64,000 nt of DNA from Mobula birostris. Taxonomy: Eukaryota. The notes under the pieces were generated by a model. That model saw nothing but the letters and a program-made list of their open reading frames with translations. It did no database searches and was not told where the DNA came from. The DNA lies in contig NC_092379.1 in NCBI RefSeq assembly GCF_030028105.1, forward strand, positions 28,513,821 through 28,577,820. Reading direction: 5' to 3'. The stretch's first letter is position 1; each line of letters begins with the position of its first letter. Shown here one piece after another: positions 25,001-38,130 of this stretch. A program made the position numbers and the translations under genes.

Positions 25001-26209
25001 AGAAGGAAACTAGCGATGGTGGTGGACTGCAGAGTGCCTATCATGACCCCCTGGCGATATCTGGTGTCATGTCACCAGGCATTCGGTTCGATTCCGACTT
25101 TCGATGCTGTCAGCCAATACTTACGTCCTCCGTTTCCACGATTCCCGTGTTTTTATGTTTTCCACTGCCCGAAAAATACCCTCTGAGTAGCACGTGCTGG
25201 TGATCGGAGGATCACTGAATGCACATGTTAAGAGGAATTTGCGAAGTTGGACAGATAAATCAGTTGACAATAAGACCATATGATACGGGAACTAAATTAG
25301 GCGATTTTAACTGTCGAGTCAGCTCCGCCATTTCAGATGAGAAGGTGTGGTAATGGAATTATTCGATACACTAACCATATAATTAAAATGAGATTTTCCA
25401 AAAGTCGAAATATACCTTTGGAAACAGATGCTATCAGTTTGCGCTCCTTTGACAGTAACCGGACGTTTTCACTCTTTGTCTCTTCCATCTGTGGGAAAAC
25501 ACAAAGTTCGAAAAGCAAGTTCCCATGAAACAACCATGGACTGTTCCCACTTGCAAGAGTATTGAACTGTAGGATGCAATTGAATATTAATCTTGGTATG
25601 ACCTTGCTCTTTATTTCCTGCCTGCGCTGAATTTTATACGTCATTACACTTTATTTTTGTATCCTTTTTTTTTTACTTTGAACTACCTCGATAAGCTGTG
25701 TAGTGAATTCAGCCGTATAAACAGAATCAATGCAATAATGCGACAATAATTAACACATTCCGTTTGCAGTTTAGATATGTAGCAAAATGCTACACGTGAT
25801 GATAACATCGGATCCGTTAAATCTGATTGGGAAACCAGGTTATACACACAATCACTCTGTCGTGATCCTTTTCCCTCTCTCTTCCGTCTCTCTCTTTTAT
25901 ACTGAAAATGCCTTCAAAATATGAATCTCGGTCACATATATGTACTTTAATCATAAATTTACTTGAAGCATTGAACCTTTTTCTCACAGCTTGGGAATGC
26001 AACGACCAATATAGTATTTGCATTCTCCAACACGCTAAACATCCTCAGGTTCTGCCAAATTATCTAAATACTCAGTATAAATCATAAGTAGCTGCTACAA
26101 CATCCTTAATTTCAGTAGCATGCCACTTGCAATTATTTGTCAATTCGAAAACGACTAATTTTCCCACCCTCTGTTTTCTTCAGTGCGCCATAGTGCCGTT
26201 TAAATATAC

Positions 26210-26865
26210 TAGATTATGAGATTAGATTATGAGAACACTCAGCCCTCTTTTATTGTCATTTAGAAATCCATACATTTAATAAGAAATGATACAATGTTTC
26301 TCCGGAGTGATATCACAGAAAACAGGACAAACCAAAGACTAACACTGCAGAACCACATAATTATAACATATAGTTACAGCAGTGCAAAGCAATACCATAA
26401 TTTGATGAAGAACGAACCATGGGCAGGGTAAAATAGTCTCAAAGGCCCGGAGTCAATAGACTCCCGAGTACCCGACAGTAGGCGGCAACAGAGAGAAACT
26501 CACTGCCATAGACCTCCAGGCACGGTCAATTTTCCGATGCCTTGGAAGCAGCCGACCACAGCCGACACTGCGCCCGTCCATCCGAAAAGGACGGGCATCC
26601 GTCCAGTCACTCCGATACAGCCTCCCAAGTGCCATCCTCCGTCAAGCGTCTTCGACCTAGCCCCGGCCGCTGTAACAAGCAAAGCCGAGGATTCGGGGCT
26701 TTCTGCTCCCGGGATACCGGTTACCACACAGTAGCAGCGGCAGCGAAGCGGGCATTTCAGAAGTTTCTCAGATGTTCCTCCATACTCTCACGTCCGTCTC
26801 CATCAAATCAGAATTGTGCACGGTCCCCTGCTTGACAGATTACAGATATCATTCACTGGAGGGGT
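26210..26865 (-). mobile_element. ~650-bp interspersed retroelement-like repeat with (TAGAT/TTATGAG)-type tail
   Basis: Interrupts the conserved V-flank block (compare 11440-11465); second copy at ~29742-30370. Confidence 0.6.
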
Positions 26866-27155
26866 CCCGGTTCCACTCCGTCCTCATTAATTCACGCTGC
26901 AAATAATTGAACAAAGTGACCAAAGGCAATGTCAGACAAGGCTGTCAATCGTGATATGCCGTTGCTGCAAAAGATGGTGGGTGATTGCACATTCCGGTAT
27001 CCCAGAAAGTCAGAAAGCTCAGTATTGGTCCGCGTTGTAATCAGGAACTGCTCCTTTAGCTTCGGTGCCTTCTGCTGCTGAATGCAGCGCTCTTAAGTAG
27101 GGCACGTGACTATAACTGACTTCTGGGTGCGCCCTCTGCAGATTCCTCGGAAAAA

Positions 27156-27170
27156 GGCGCCCTCCAGTGA
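27156..27170 (-). promoter_or_regulatory. CTCF-consensus motif 3' of B3 RSS
   Basis: Minus TCACTGGAGGGCGCC, 24 nt beyond the nonamer; second match CTGCAGAGGGCGCAC at 27127-27141; CACGTG at 27103-27108. Confidence 0.6.
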
Positions 27171-27194
27171 GAGCTTTTTGCAATATACAGAACC

Positions 27195-27233
27195 AGTTTT
27201 TGCACGGACCCGCCGCTTCCATATAACAATGTG
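27195..27233 (-). other. 23-RSS of B3
   Basis: CACATTG + 23 nt + GCAAAAACT. Confidence 0.85.
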
Positions 27234-27664
27234 ATACTCATTGCACAGAGATACATGGCGGAGTCCGACACAAGAGCTTCACGGATATACAATTGAGACG
27301 TCTTGCTGCTTTTTTGTAAAGTAGCGCTAAACCTCTCTGGGCAATCAGAATGCCGCTGCGTTCTTCCTGTGCTATATAACCTCAGCAAATAATTTAGAGG
27401 TCCTCTACGATGTTGAATGTACCAAAAGATATCTGCAGTAGCGTAGGTATAATTACAGTTCAGTGTTACGTTCTGTCCTTCCTCAGTCGTTACATCGGAA
27501 GGATCCTGTGTCACTGAATATTGCCCACTCGTTCCTGCAAGAAAGGACAGAATACATCACAACGCTGGCGTGTATTGAATGCCGGGCAAATTTGCTAGCC
27601 AGCTTCGCTGAAACTCACCAGGCAGCACAGCCAATGCAATCAGCAATGAACAGAGAGAAATCAT
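27234..27664 (-). CDS. TCR alpha/delta-type V segment B3, apparently intact (leader 27619-27664, V exon 27234-27534)
   Basis: MISLCSLLIALAVLPG|TSGQYSVTQDPSDVTTEEGQNVTLNCNYTYATADIFWYIQHRRGPLNYLLRLYSTGRTQRHSDCPERFSATLQKSSKTSQLYIREALVSDSAMYLCAMS. Confidence 0.9.
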
Positions 27665-27915
27665 GGTGTCTTAATTTCTGGCTGAATCGAACGGTAGATT
27701 CCTTCCAGGGCGTTATTATCACAACAGATATTGTGTTCAATGATAGTTTCAGCGATAACTTTCACCTTGTGTAAAACCGGAGGTGTTTCTCTGGTTAAAA
27801 GATTGGCTGACATAAAGAACCGGGCCTTTCTAAGCACCAATCAGAAGCTGCTTTGTATCCATTCGTCATTCTGCCTGTTTTTCAACTCTTACAATGTCCG
27901 GTGTTCAACCCGCAA

Positions 27916-27958
<43 letters not shown>

Positions 27959-27999
27959 TAATCACAATATATTCACATACCTATCAATGTGTAATCGAA

Positions 28000-28470
28000 C
28001 ATAATTAAGACTTAACACGTGTTCGCTTCTTCAAAATCGTCAATATCCCGATGGAATTAGTTGATTCTTTTATTGCATTTGTTTTATTGGTTAGTTATTT
28101 GACGATATATCCTACAGTAGGCCATAAAGTCAATATGTTTCAATCTTCCAGCATTCCAGCTTATTCAAATGGCAGCAAGAGTTCATCTAAATATTTCCTA
28201 ATCTTTGTTTGCTGCTGGTATGGCAATACCTTATCTCTGCCAATGGACTCCTGACAGCACTTTCTGTGTAGCCACCACTTTCTTCGTAAATAAAAACTCA
28301 CATCTGGCATTTACCTTGTAATTTCTTCTATTCGCCTCAAGATATCATCCTCTCGCATGCGCCATTTCCACCCTTCGGTCAAAGTGCTAGTTGTCCACTT
28401 TATTTATGCCCCTTATCATATCATACACAGTTATTAAATTACCCCTTACCTTCCGTCGTTGCAAAAAGAA
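28000..28470 (-). mobile_element. Old CR1 3' fragment
   Basis: Minus AAGGGGCATAAATAAAGTGGAC...GAAGAAAGTGGTGG matches CR1 ORF2 C-terminus/3' UTR; paralog ~57240-57500. Confidence 0.55.
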
Positions 28471-28479
28471 AGGTCCTTG

Positions 28480-28733
28480 CTCCCAGAAACTGAAAAGTCC
28501 TGTGGAATATAAATGCACTTGCGGATATGCAACTGAATTTCAACATTACGATCCGTTCTCCTTTAATGGTCGATGAAGAGAGACAAATCTGTCCCAGACG
28601 ATTCTGCAAAAGAAGGACAAAGTGACTGAACACTCAATGCCCCCCTTGCACATGCGAGACACCAGCTGACTATTTGTGCAAAGGTAAGCCGGGAAGCATA
28701 ACCCATATTATCTGTAAGGATCTGGAATGACAT
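28480..28733 (-). pseudogene. V fossil G1 (leader, intron, FR1), truncated by CR1
   Basis: Acceptor TTTTGCAG|AA TCG TCT GGG ACA GAT (compare B1 GA TCG TCT GGG ATA GAT); FR1-like TIKGERIVMLKFSC; leader-like SLQIIWVMLPG. Confidence 0.55.
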
Positions 28734-28805
28734 AGAGTCGACTTTCAGGCGAGATCTGAGACAGATTACATTCAAGAAGCTAATATCACAGACTGGCGAA
28801 AATTA

Positions 28806-30784
28806 TGTCAGCTACGCTAGACCCTTCACTTCGTGAGAAACCTCCGTTGTTGCAAGGGGATTTTTAGGGAGCCGACCCAAATGAAAGACACAGACACCGA
28901 AGTACTAGGAACTGAACTAAGATTATCAAGAATGCAAGGGAAGTCGGGAAGCAGGGATTGATCAGAGGGCAATCCAGGAAAGACCAAAGCGTAAGCGGGA
29001 ATAAGCGTAGCTGGACACGGACACAGGCCCTGGACTAGACAAGGACTCAGGACCTGGGATAGCACTTGGACTACGAGCACAGGGTCCGGACGAGGAACTT
29101 GGAACAAGGAGCCTGGACTAGGAACTCGGAACTCCGGAACCAGAGTCTGGACAGGGACTCGGAACCTATGTCTTGACTCGGATCCGGAACCCGGTCCTAG
29201 GCTAGAACTCGGGATTGGGATCTTGGCTAGGATCTTAGCTAGGACTCGGGAAGAGGACTTGGATCGGACTTGAAATTCGACTGGGACTTGCATCGGAATT
29301 GACACTGGACTGGGACTTGGAACACGAGGCCTTAAATTGGACTAGACGGGAATATGAAGCCTTGAGTTGGACTGGACTAGAACACGAATCCTTGACTTGG
29401 ACTGGACTGGAACATGAAGCCTTGACTTGGACTGGACTGTTACACGAAACACAGAGCCGGGAACCCTCCTTGTAAACAAGATGTTGGGCCGGGGCTCATC
29501 TTAGACACGGAACACAGAGCCAGGACCGCTCCTTGAATAAAAGAGATAATGCCGGTACGCTTCTTATACACAGAACACTGAACACGAAGAGACAGATTAC
29601 GACTCAAGGTGGCTGCAAGCAGCTGGCGCTACCTAGCGAAAACGAGGACACGAAGAGGCAAGACCACACAACAATAGACTGATCCTTATATTAACGAGAC
29701 AAGGCTTCAGTCTCACTCCGAACGGTTAACTTGACGGGGATTTAGATTAATTAGATTATGAAGACACGTAGTCCCCTTTTATTGTCAATTAGTAATGCAT
29801 GCATTAAGAAATGACGGATTCTTTCCTCCGGTGTGATATCACAAAAGCACAGGACAAACCAATACTGAAAAAAAACTGACAAAACCGCATAATTATACGT
29901 ATAATTACAACAGTGCAACAATACCATAAATTGATGAAGAAGTCCATGACCACAGTAAATTTCAAAGTTTCTCACATGTCCCACATCTCACGCAGACGGG
30001 AGAAGGAAGAAAAATTCTCCCTGGCATGCCCGACCACAATCCGTCTCTGAGTCATCCCAAAACTTCGAGCTCTGATCAGCTCTCCGACACCTAGCACTGA
30101 GCGCCATCTCTGCCCGAGCGATTCGACCTCCTTCTCGGTCGCCAAAAGCAGACAAGGCCGGGGAATTTGAGGCCTACCCTCCGAAAGATTCCCGACCGCA
30201 CAGTAACGACAGCAGCGGACGAGCGTTCAGAAATTTCTCCAGATGTTCCTTTGTGCTTTCACGTCTGTCTCCATCAAATTAGAAATTGTCCATGGCCCTT
30301 ATTTAACAGATACGACATCATTTTTCACCGGAGAGCTGCGCACGCGCGGTGCGCTGCCATATTCTCCTCCCGCTAAGTCACAGACGCGGTTGCAGACGAG
30401 GTTACAGACGAGGTCACTGATGAGCTTACTGACGAAGGTTGCTGACAATGTTTCAGAGCAGTTTTCAGAGGAGGATACAGACGACGTACAGAAGTGGTAA
30501 CTCACTGGATTCTGAAGGGAACGGTCCATCCACTGCCACTGAACTCCAGAGATATTTATGTTGCCAGCCCGAGATGAGAATCAGGTGCCTCAGTTAAGGC
30601 CCGCGATGGAACAAGAGAAAAACGAAATAACCGGAGTACCAAATCCACGGACCGGGCAGTGAACCGGAATGAGCTCTTCACGGAGTGGACCGTGACATCC
30701 GTAAGTTGCTCTGCTAAATGGGAGCTGAACCGGGGAAGTCAGAACTGAGCCTATTTAGACAGCGATCTGAATGGAACTCCGACA
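28806..30784. mobile_element. Possible LTR-retrotransposon remnant with hexamer-rich interior and nested repeat
   Basis: Starts TGTCA, ends GACA; GGAACT/GGACTT/GGACTG hexamer arrays at ~29020-29440; no matching target-site duplication seen. Confidence 0.4.
29742..30370 (-). mobile_element. Second copy of the ~650-bp repeat
   Basis: Colinear with 26210-26865; minus-strand start GGAGGAGAATATGGCAGCGC. Confidence 0.6.
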
Positions 30785-31196
30785 CTGTCCGCTTCTAAAT
30801 AACTAACTCTAATTCTAATGTATTTGTCGATCTCATACCTCTGTCCTTCGCTACACTTAATATGACACTTCATTTCCAGCAATGGATCGCCTACCTTGGT
30901 CCGTCTTTCATGACTCTCTTAAATGTTCGTCGCCGTGGCACGCTGTGCCTGTCCCTGTAGTCCAATCTAGTCCTGTTAACCACACAATAGTGTTATAGGC
31001 AACAGACACACAATATTGTTATGCACACTGAGATATACCGAAAAATGTCTCGGAAAAATGCAACATTAATATGGGAGAGCTGAATTCAAGAATTGTTCCT
31101 CAATGTTTGGCGCATTTTGCTGCTGAATGCAGCATTTCAAACCGAGCACGTGATCCTTATGCTTTGTGCGTGCGGCTGTTCCAGTCTCCCAGCTAA

Positions 31197-31211
31197 GGCG
31201 CCCTCTAGTGA
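31197..31211 (-). promoter_or_regulatory. CTCF-consensus motif 3' of C1
   Basis: Minus TCACTAGAGGGCGCC, 13/14 to consensus; CACGTG at 31147-31152. Confidence 0.65.
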
Positions 31212-31679
31212 TCACGAGTCCGGACCCACTGTGTCCCTGCAATTCTGTAGGGCGCATTGCACAGTGGTATACGCCAGAGTCTGGAACATGAACTCCAGAT
31301 ATATATAAATGAGCTGAATCTGCCTCTGTGTATATCAGCTGAAAATCTCGCCGAACATTCTGGAGGTTGCTGCAGTGTTCTTGAATAATATACCTTCAGC
31401 ATTTATTTTTCGAGATATTCTGCGATACGGATTGTATCAAAAATATTTGCACTAGTTCTTGTGTAATTGCAGTTTAGTGTTATGAGCTGACATTCGTCAG
31501 CCGTTAATTTGGTAGCATACTGGATCACTGAACCTTTCTCTCTCGTTCCTGTATTAAAGGAGAAAATGCACTAATATCCCGGACTTGCACTGAACTCACT
31601 TGACACTCTCTCGTCATATGTGCAGCGTCCTGCCTGTCAGGATGACGAATGTAATGAATACGAAAGAAAGGGAGCACAT
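31211..31679 (-). pseudogene. V pseudogene C1 (leader 31634-31679, exon ~31250-31548)
   Basis: MCSLSFVFITFVILTG with GC donor; SVIQYATKLTADECQLITLNCNYT; frameshifts at W41 and in FR3; ...DSGVYHCAM; RSS decayed (TACAGAA-23-ACTCGTGAT). Confidence 0.85.
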
Positions 31680-33289
31680 GCTCTGGCTGCAGCCTCGATA
31701 GGACGGCAGATAACGTCCAAGGAATTATCACTATGGCAGATGCTAGGGAGTAAAATCGTATCATAAATAGATTTCACACTGCCCTGCTCAATGATTGGTA
31801 GATAAAACGGAGCCGAGGCTCTATGAGCACGAGAAAGAAAATCCGATTTCGTTGATTTCCGCTCTCTGCCTTTTCCCTCACACTATAAATCTTTCTTACC
31901 ATCTTTCTCTTTTTCCTTCCTCTCTCTCCACTCCCGATCTCTCTCCATCTATCTATTTATCTATCTTACTCTCTTTCTCACTCTCTTGCTCTCTCCCCAC
32001 CTTCTTCTCTCTTTCGCTGTCCTTCCGAACACTAATTTCTATGTATCTATTTCTATTTTGTTCACTAATTTCTATGTATATATTTCTATTTTGTTCGCGC
32101 CATGAATTCATTCTCGCTTCTTTCGTCTCTGCTCTCTCCCTTCTCACACCATGTCACTCCATGCTAACCAGCGTATTACTGATTCATTCACCATGTTATG
32201 ACTTTCTACTGCTGCTGCTTCTATCTTATTAATAGCCTTTTAAGTTATTGATGAAATTCCTTTCAATCTATCAGCATCCCACTAGATATTCCTAGTCAAT
32301 AGCACACCAAATATTTACATCCCTAATATGTTTCTATAAGTGAGCCAATCTCCTATCCATGGCAATAGACTCAATAGGGAATTTATTCTCTGCAGTTGCC
32401 TTCGGTCGCATATCTTAATGACTCCTTTCTCAGAATGTACAAACCCTGTAAGTCCCGTTCACCGTGTACCATGAAGGACATTTTGCGAAGACTTCAAAGT
32501 CCTGACCGTTATTGTAGACAACAAGGGGAAATAGATATTGAGATGTCTCGAAAATCTTTTAACTTCTTATTTTCACCAACAAACTGAACTTAGACCTAGA
32601 CTCATGCGATACTGAGAGCTGCCAGATTAAGACGAACGAAAGATCCTCCTTCGTCTTTGCGTCCAATCTTGATTCGCTGTCTAGTCAGCGCTCTGTACAC
32701 CAGCTGGCGACTGTATTTTCTTGTCGATTATTCCCCTTTAACGGTGCGTGCTGCATGTTAGAAAGATACAATGAAGAGTCCGAAGCAAGACCCTCGGTGT
32801 TGCATCATTGAACCATTTTCGATCATTTCTCAAAGCAATGGTAAACAGCAAAACATCAATTAATGACAGGTTGGGGTGCGGCAAAGAGACAGAGATGATG
32901 CAATAAATACAGTCTTCCCAGCAGGGGCGGCGCTAATGTGGTGCTAACTGGGGCTATAACCCCAAGAGAAATTACAATAGCACCAGCGTAGCACCACCAG
33001 GAAGTTAACTGAAATTTCACATACAAATTGAAGCTTCTTTGCTTTCTGTGTATAGCTTTGAATACAACTTGTTTCTCCAGTTGAGCGAGTGAAACAACAT
33101 CCTCAACTACTATAGCACCCACGCAGCAATAAAGTTATAAACTCTGTCAGATCCACTCTACACATCTGCTTATTCGGTTGTTGTCAATATCTCGCCGTTG
33201 CTGTCCTGAGATCAGTTCAGCTGATCTAACATCACTTAAGGTGGTGATGTCACTCACGGTCACTCACACGAGAAATTGGTAGTACACAT

Positions 33290-35086
33290 CCAGGCGCAGA
33301 CCCATGGTCTCGCGAGACGAACGGATGCCCTCGCACACGCCCACACTCATTGTGCTTTTACAAGTTAACGTGGGCCTAGCAAGTGTATTATTTTGGCGGC
33401 ATGAAGAATAGATAGATTTTTAGTGAGAGAACGAACTCGTCCAGAAGAACCAGTGTTGTCTCAGCCTGAGCTTGTCTTAAGTGACATGCAGAAAGAAGCA
33501 AGTGGGGATGAGGACGACAACAGTTCATCGAAGGAGTGTGAGGGCGAAGTAGAAGAACAAGAAATGGAGCGAGATTCGGAAGAGAACGTGGATGAAGCTG
33601 CTCTTAGTGCTAGCCGGAATACTGTTAGCGATGTTCGCCAGCAGCGTGAGGAAGGACCCCGTCGTCCAGCATTGAAAAGTACCCTCCGCTGCTCGCAACA
33701 GTTTGGCATTCAGCAAAGGAGTTTTATTCGTGGCTGGCTTGACTGACTGGAATATTCGATCACGAAAGATACTATGTTCTGCTTCGCATGCAGGCAATTC
33801 CTGTGTGGAGGACATGGGTTCCATTCTGAATCTACCTTCACTGTCACCGGTTACCACAACTGGCGGAAAGTTACAACAGCTCTCAAAACACACCTTGTAA
33901 GTGCAGCTCAGAAGATTGCTATGGAGGCACGAGCCGAATTCAGATTGAGAAAACAAGACGGTTCAAGTTTGGGAAATATGTTTGACAAAGAACATGCAAA
34001 GATTGTCCAAGAAAAGCGTGGGTATATGAGACCTGTGGTTGAGTCTCTGGCAATGACAGACGGCGAATGACACAGCGGAAATTCTAGCTCTAATGAGAAC
34101 CTACCGCGATGCATTTATAAATTTATGCAAACTAATCTGTATATCACTGACTCTACCGGTGACATCTGTTTCATGCAAATGGAGTTTCTCTTGCCTCACA
34201 CGCCTCAAAAAACTACGTACGGAATAGCAGCGGCGACGTTCGGGATAGCAACTTGGCCCTGTTGGCCAGAAACAGCCGGAGGACCAAAGCACTTGACATC
34301 CAGAAAATTATTGATGCTTTCGCCACCAATCACAACAACAGACGGATTGTGCTTCTCTGAAAACACCAATGGGGAGTGCAGTTGATTTTATTTTCAATTT
34401 GGGCCAAGACTAATGCTGATTATTATTAGTATTTTGTAGTGGATCCCCCATAGTCTTCATGTTTCCTGCAAATTGTAAACTATTACGTTTACTTCTGTTA
34501 AGCCTATTAGTTTTGCTTAGACTTCCAAGCGGTGATTCTGTTCATTTTTGTTTTAAATTCAGTAGCCGAATTAATTGTGATATTGCATGGTCACATTACG
34601 ATTTGTCCAACTCCTGGTAAATCCTTGCATCTGTTGTTTACCTTATTTGACTTTAATAACGGTGTGTCTTTTGGCATTGTCTGCCTATGTAATGAGAATA
34701 GCAGTGGACTTTGTGGGTTAGTGCTGTGTTTTTCAGTTGAAAAGCAAGCATTTGACGTTGATTGCGGGATTGGTGCGTGATTCACGTTGTGCGCTATGGG
34801 TCGGATGCAGTTTTGGTTTGTTTGTTTATGCTCTGTGCAGCCCGGGTTGTCTCCGATGGTGTTCACACTGTCACAGTTCACTTCTATATTATATTTATCA
34901 ATTGCCGTTGCTTGTGAATCAACAGAGGCATTTATAGTAGGCACATAATGCTTGAAGCTGACTTTTGAACGCCATGAGTCTGGCTTTGCGAATACATATT
35001 ACCATAGGATACAGCCCTCAGCACCATCACTGAATAATCCAACCCCTCCGTAGCACCAGCAAAAAAAAAATCTCTGGCGCCACAAC
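33290..35086 (+). mobile_element. Internally deleted hAT transposon, ZMYM1/TTF-zinc-finger type
   Basis: FGIQQRSFIRGWLD*LEYSITKDTMFCFACRQF...GYHNWRKV...KTHLVS (TTF-type finger); C-terminus LDIQKIIDAFATNHNNRRIVLL* at ~34290-34370; ends approximate. Confidence 0.7.
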
Positions 35087-35570
35087 TGCTCCTCACTATC
35101 AGCGAAACAAATGAACTGGTCATTGACTTCAGAAAGGGAGAGGGTGAGCGAACATAACCAATAACTTTTTTCAGGTTCAGCACTTTGGTGCCATGTCCAA
35201 GGAAGCTCAAAAATGCAATCAAGACCTCAGTAGGCAAAATAAAATTCGAATGTCCCCATTGACCCGGACTAATTTTGGATGAACCCTGTAGAAAACATCA
35301 GTTCCAGGTGCATCATGGTTTGAATGGCAAATATTCTGCCAGTGACTGCATGAACTTCGGCCGAGTTATGGACACAACCTAGCACATTACTGATAGAACA
35401 TGAATTCTGCCTGCACCCTTGCTGAATCAGTGAAACACCAGGCCCTTTCAAAATATTACCCATTCTGGACATTCGTTCATTTCTCCCCTCCAATCCGGCA
35501 ACAGATATAGAAGCATCAGAGTCAACCTGTAAAATTCTATTAAAAGATAACTGCATAGTTCCCCTGTAAG
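35087..35570 (+). mobile_element. Rex1/Babar-type LINE 3' fragment
   Basis: LLLTISETNELVIDFRK matches the LNVSKTKELVIDFRK motif; downstream remnant AGATATAGAAGCATCAGA. Confidence 0.65.
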
Positions 35571-36229
35571 AGAAGTTGAACACGTGACCTCACAAGCTAA
35601 ATCAAACGAAGTTCACCATTTCGTCAACTTGCACAACACTTTCTTTGCAGCTGCTTAACCGTATTGCCAATTCTGAGTTGACTCAGGTTGCACACCTTCA
35701 GTGCACAATGCAATGATTTGATGCCTGTAAAGATATGCACGGCAGTATATTCACTGTACATCGGTGGATGTCACTATCTAAGCAAATACTAAACCAGCTG
35801 GTCAGTCGGTGTGAGTACGCAGGTGAGGCAAGAAATTAAGCCGACATTATTTAAAGTATAGAATATAGGGTGAGCGAGTAAACGTGCCGGTAGTCGTGTT
35901 CGGAAGTATGTTTTATTTGTCGCCGTGCTACATGCTGCCCCCCCCCCCCACGATATTTCCAGGAACCCTGTTTCAGTTCGACCACTGAAGCTGTCTGAAG
36001 GTATGTCTTGATGTGACCATTTGCCTCGCTTCTCCGGAACCTGAAAGACCATAGGACCATATGATATAGGAAAAGAAGTACGTCATTCATTTCATCGAGT
36101 CCGCTCTGCCATTCCATCATGGGCTGATCCAATTCATCCAGGCATCGCCATTCCTCAGCCTGCTCTCCACACTTTTTCATGTCCAGGCTAATCAAGAAGC
36201 TATCTATCTCTGCCTTAAACAAACCCGAA

Positions 36230-37910
36230 TTTGTGAGAGGCGCCGGATCCTTATGGGTTGAGTTAAGAAACTGCAAGGGTTAAGGAACCCTGCTGGCAGC
36301 TATATTCAAGCCTCCCGACAGTATGTGGAATGTGGAGCACAGATTACAGGAGGAAATAGAAAAGGGATTTCAAAAGGGTAATGTTGTGATAGTCATGGGG
36401 GATGTCAACATGCAGGCTGATTGGGAAGGTCAGGTTAGATATTGATCTCAAGAGAGTGAGTTTGTTGAATGCCTATGAAACGAAATTTTAGAGCAGATTG
36501 TCCATCACCCTACAAGGCGATCAGTTGTACAGGATTGGATATTGTGCAATAGACTGGAGATAATTAGTGACCTCAGGATAAAAAAACACAATTTAAAGGC
36601 AGTGATCCAAATATGATTGGGTTCAACTTGAAATTTGGCAGTGAGAAAGTAAAGTCTGACGAAGCAGCATTTCAGCACAGTAAAGGAAATTTCAGTGGTA
36701 TAAGATGGGAGTTGCCCAACGAATTCAGAAGGCAGGACTTGAAGAACAGACTGCAAGGGTGGACAACAGACCAGTAAGGGCGTGAATTTCTGGGGAAAAT
36801 GAGAAAGGTGCACGATAGCTGTATCCAAAAATGAGGAGATACGCAAATGGAAAAGTAGTGCAACCGTGGCTGACAAGGGAAGTCAAAGCTATTCTAAAAG
36901 CAAAAGAGCATGTATACAACTAAGCAAAAATTAGTTGCACGACAGAGGATTAGGAAGCATTCAGAATCCTGGAGAAAAACTAAAAGAATGATGAGGAGGT
37001 AAAATATGGTATATGAGCGCAAGCTAACAAACTAAATCAAAGTGAATAAGAAAAGTATTTATCAAGAACGTAAAAAAAAATTAAAGTGAGATGAGAGTGC
37101 ATATGGAAAGAAAGAAAATGTAGACGAAGAAATAATGCTGGGGGACAAGTTGATGGCAGATGGACGATATGAGTATTTTACATCAGGCTTCACTGTGGAA
37201 GACCTGATCAGCGGGTCAGACGTTGAAAGGTGCAAGGGCAGACATCTGAGTGCAATTACAGTTACAAGGGTGAATGCCCTTAAAATACTGAATGACAGAA
37301 GAGTATATAAGTCATCCGAACCAGATGAACTGCACCCTTGCGCCCTGAAAGTGGTAGCGGTAGAGATTTTGGAGGCATTAAGAATGTTTTTTTTTTCAAA
37401 ATTATTGTCAATGATATAGATGATGGACTATATGGCTGTGTTGCCATGTTTGTAGATGACACAATTACTGATGGAAGGATAAGTCGTTCTGAGGAAACAT
37501 GCAGGGTACAGAAGGACAGAAAGATGAGGAGAATTGGCAAGGGAGCGGCAGACGAAGTAAAATGCACCAAAAGGCATGTCATGCACAATGGTGTGGGAAA
37601 TAAATATGCAGACTATTTTGTAAGCGGGCAAAAACTCCAAAAATCTCCGATACAAAGAGACTTGGAGGATCCAAGTGCCGAGCACGCTGACGGTTACCTT
37701 GCAGGTAGAGTCGGCGATGATGAAGAAAAATACAATGTTAGCATTCATTTCAAGATGTCCAGAATAAACGGGCAGAGACGTAATGCAGAGGATTTATAGG
37801 ACACCTGAGGCCCCTCACATTGAGCATTCTGAACAGTTTTACGTTCCTATTCTGACAAAGATGTACTGGCATTGGAAAGGGTTCAGAGGATATTTACATG
37901 GATGACACAG
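36230..37910 (+). mobile_element. CR1 ORF2 fragments; an inverted CR1 3' end lies at ~36045-36225
   Basis: Paralog of 4320-5790. Confidence 0.78.
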
Positions 37911-38053
37911 TCAACCCGCAAGCAAAGCAGCTGTCCAACTAACTGAAAACTGTAGTCAGTAATTTTTCCCCTTTCCCCTGGAGTTTCCCTGCTTAAGCCA
38001 ATCACGTGACAGTGGTGGCTATGTGTTTGCGCCCCGGCTGTTTACCGGCAAAG

Positions 38054-38068
38054 GGCTCCCTCTACCGA
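38054..38068 (-). promoter_or_regulatory. CTCF-consensus motif 3' of A3 RSS
   Basis: Minus TCGGTAGAGGGAGCC, 23 nt beyond the nonamer; CACGTG at 38003-38008. Confidence 0.55.
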
Positions 38069-38091
38069 GCGCTCACTGCATCACGAAGGAC

Positions 38092-38130
38092 GGATTTTGT
38101 CTTGAGCCGTCATCGCCTTGCAACACTGTG
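38092..38130 (-). other. 23-RSS of A3
   Basis: CACAGTG + 23 nt + ACAAAATCC. Confidence 0.93.

Noticed and set aside
28826-29305. 159-aa Pro/Val/Ser-rich ORF
   Set aside because: Reverse translation of hexamer repeats in a probable TE remnant
29020-29440. Repeat array as CRISPR-like or prokaryotic system
   Set aside because: Degenerate 6-mers without unique spacers, in vertebrate DNA
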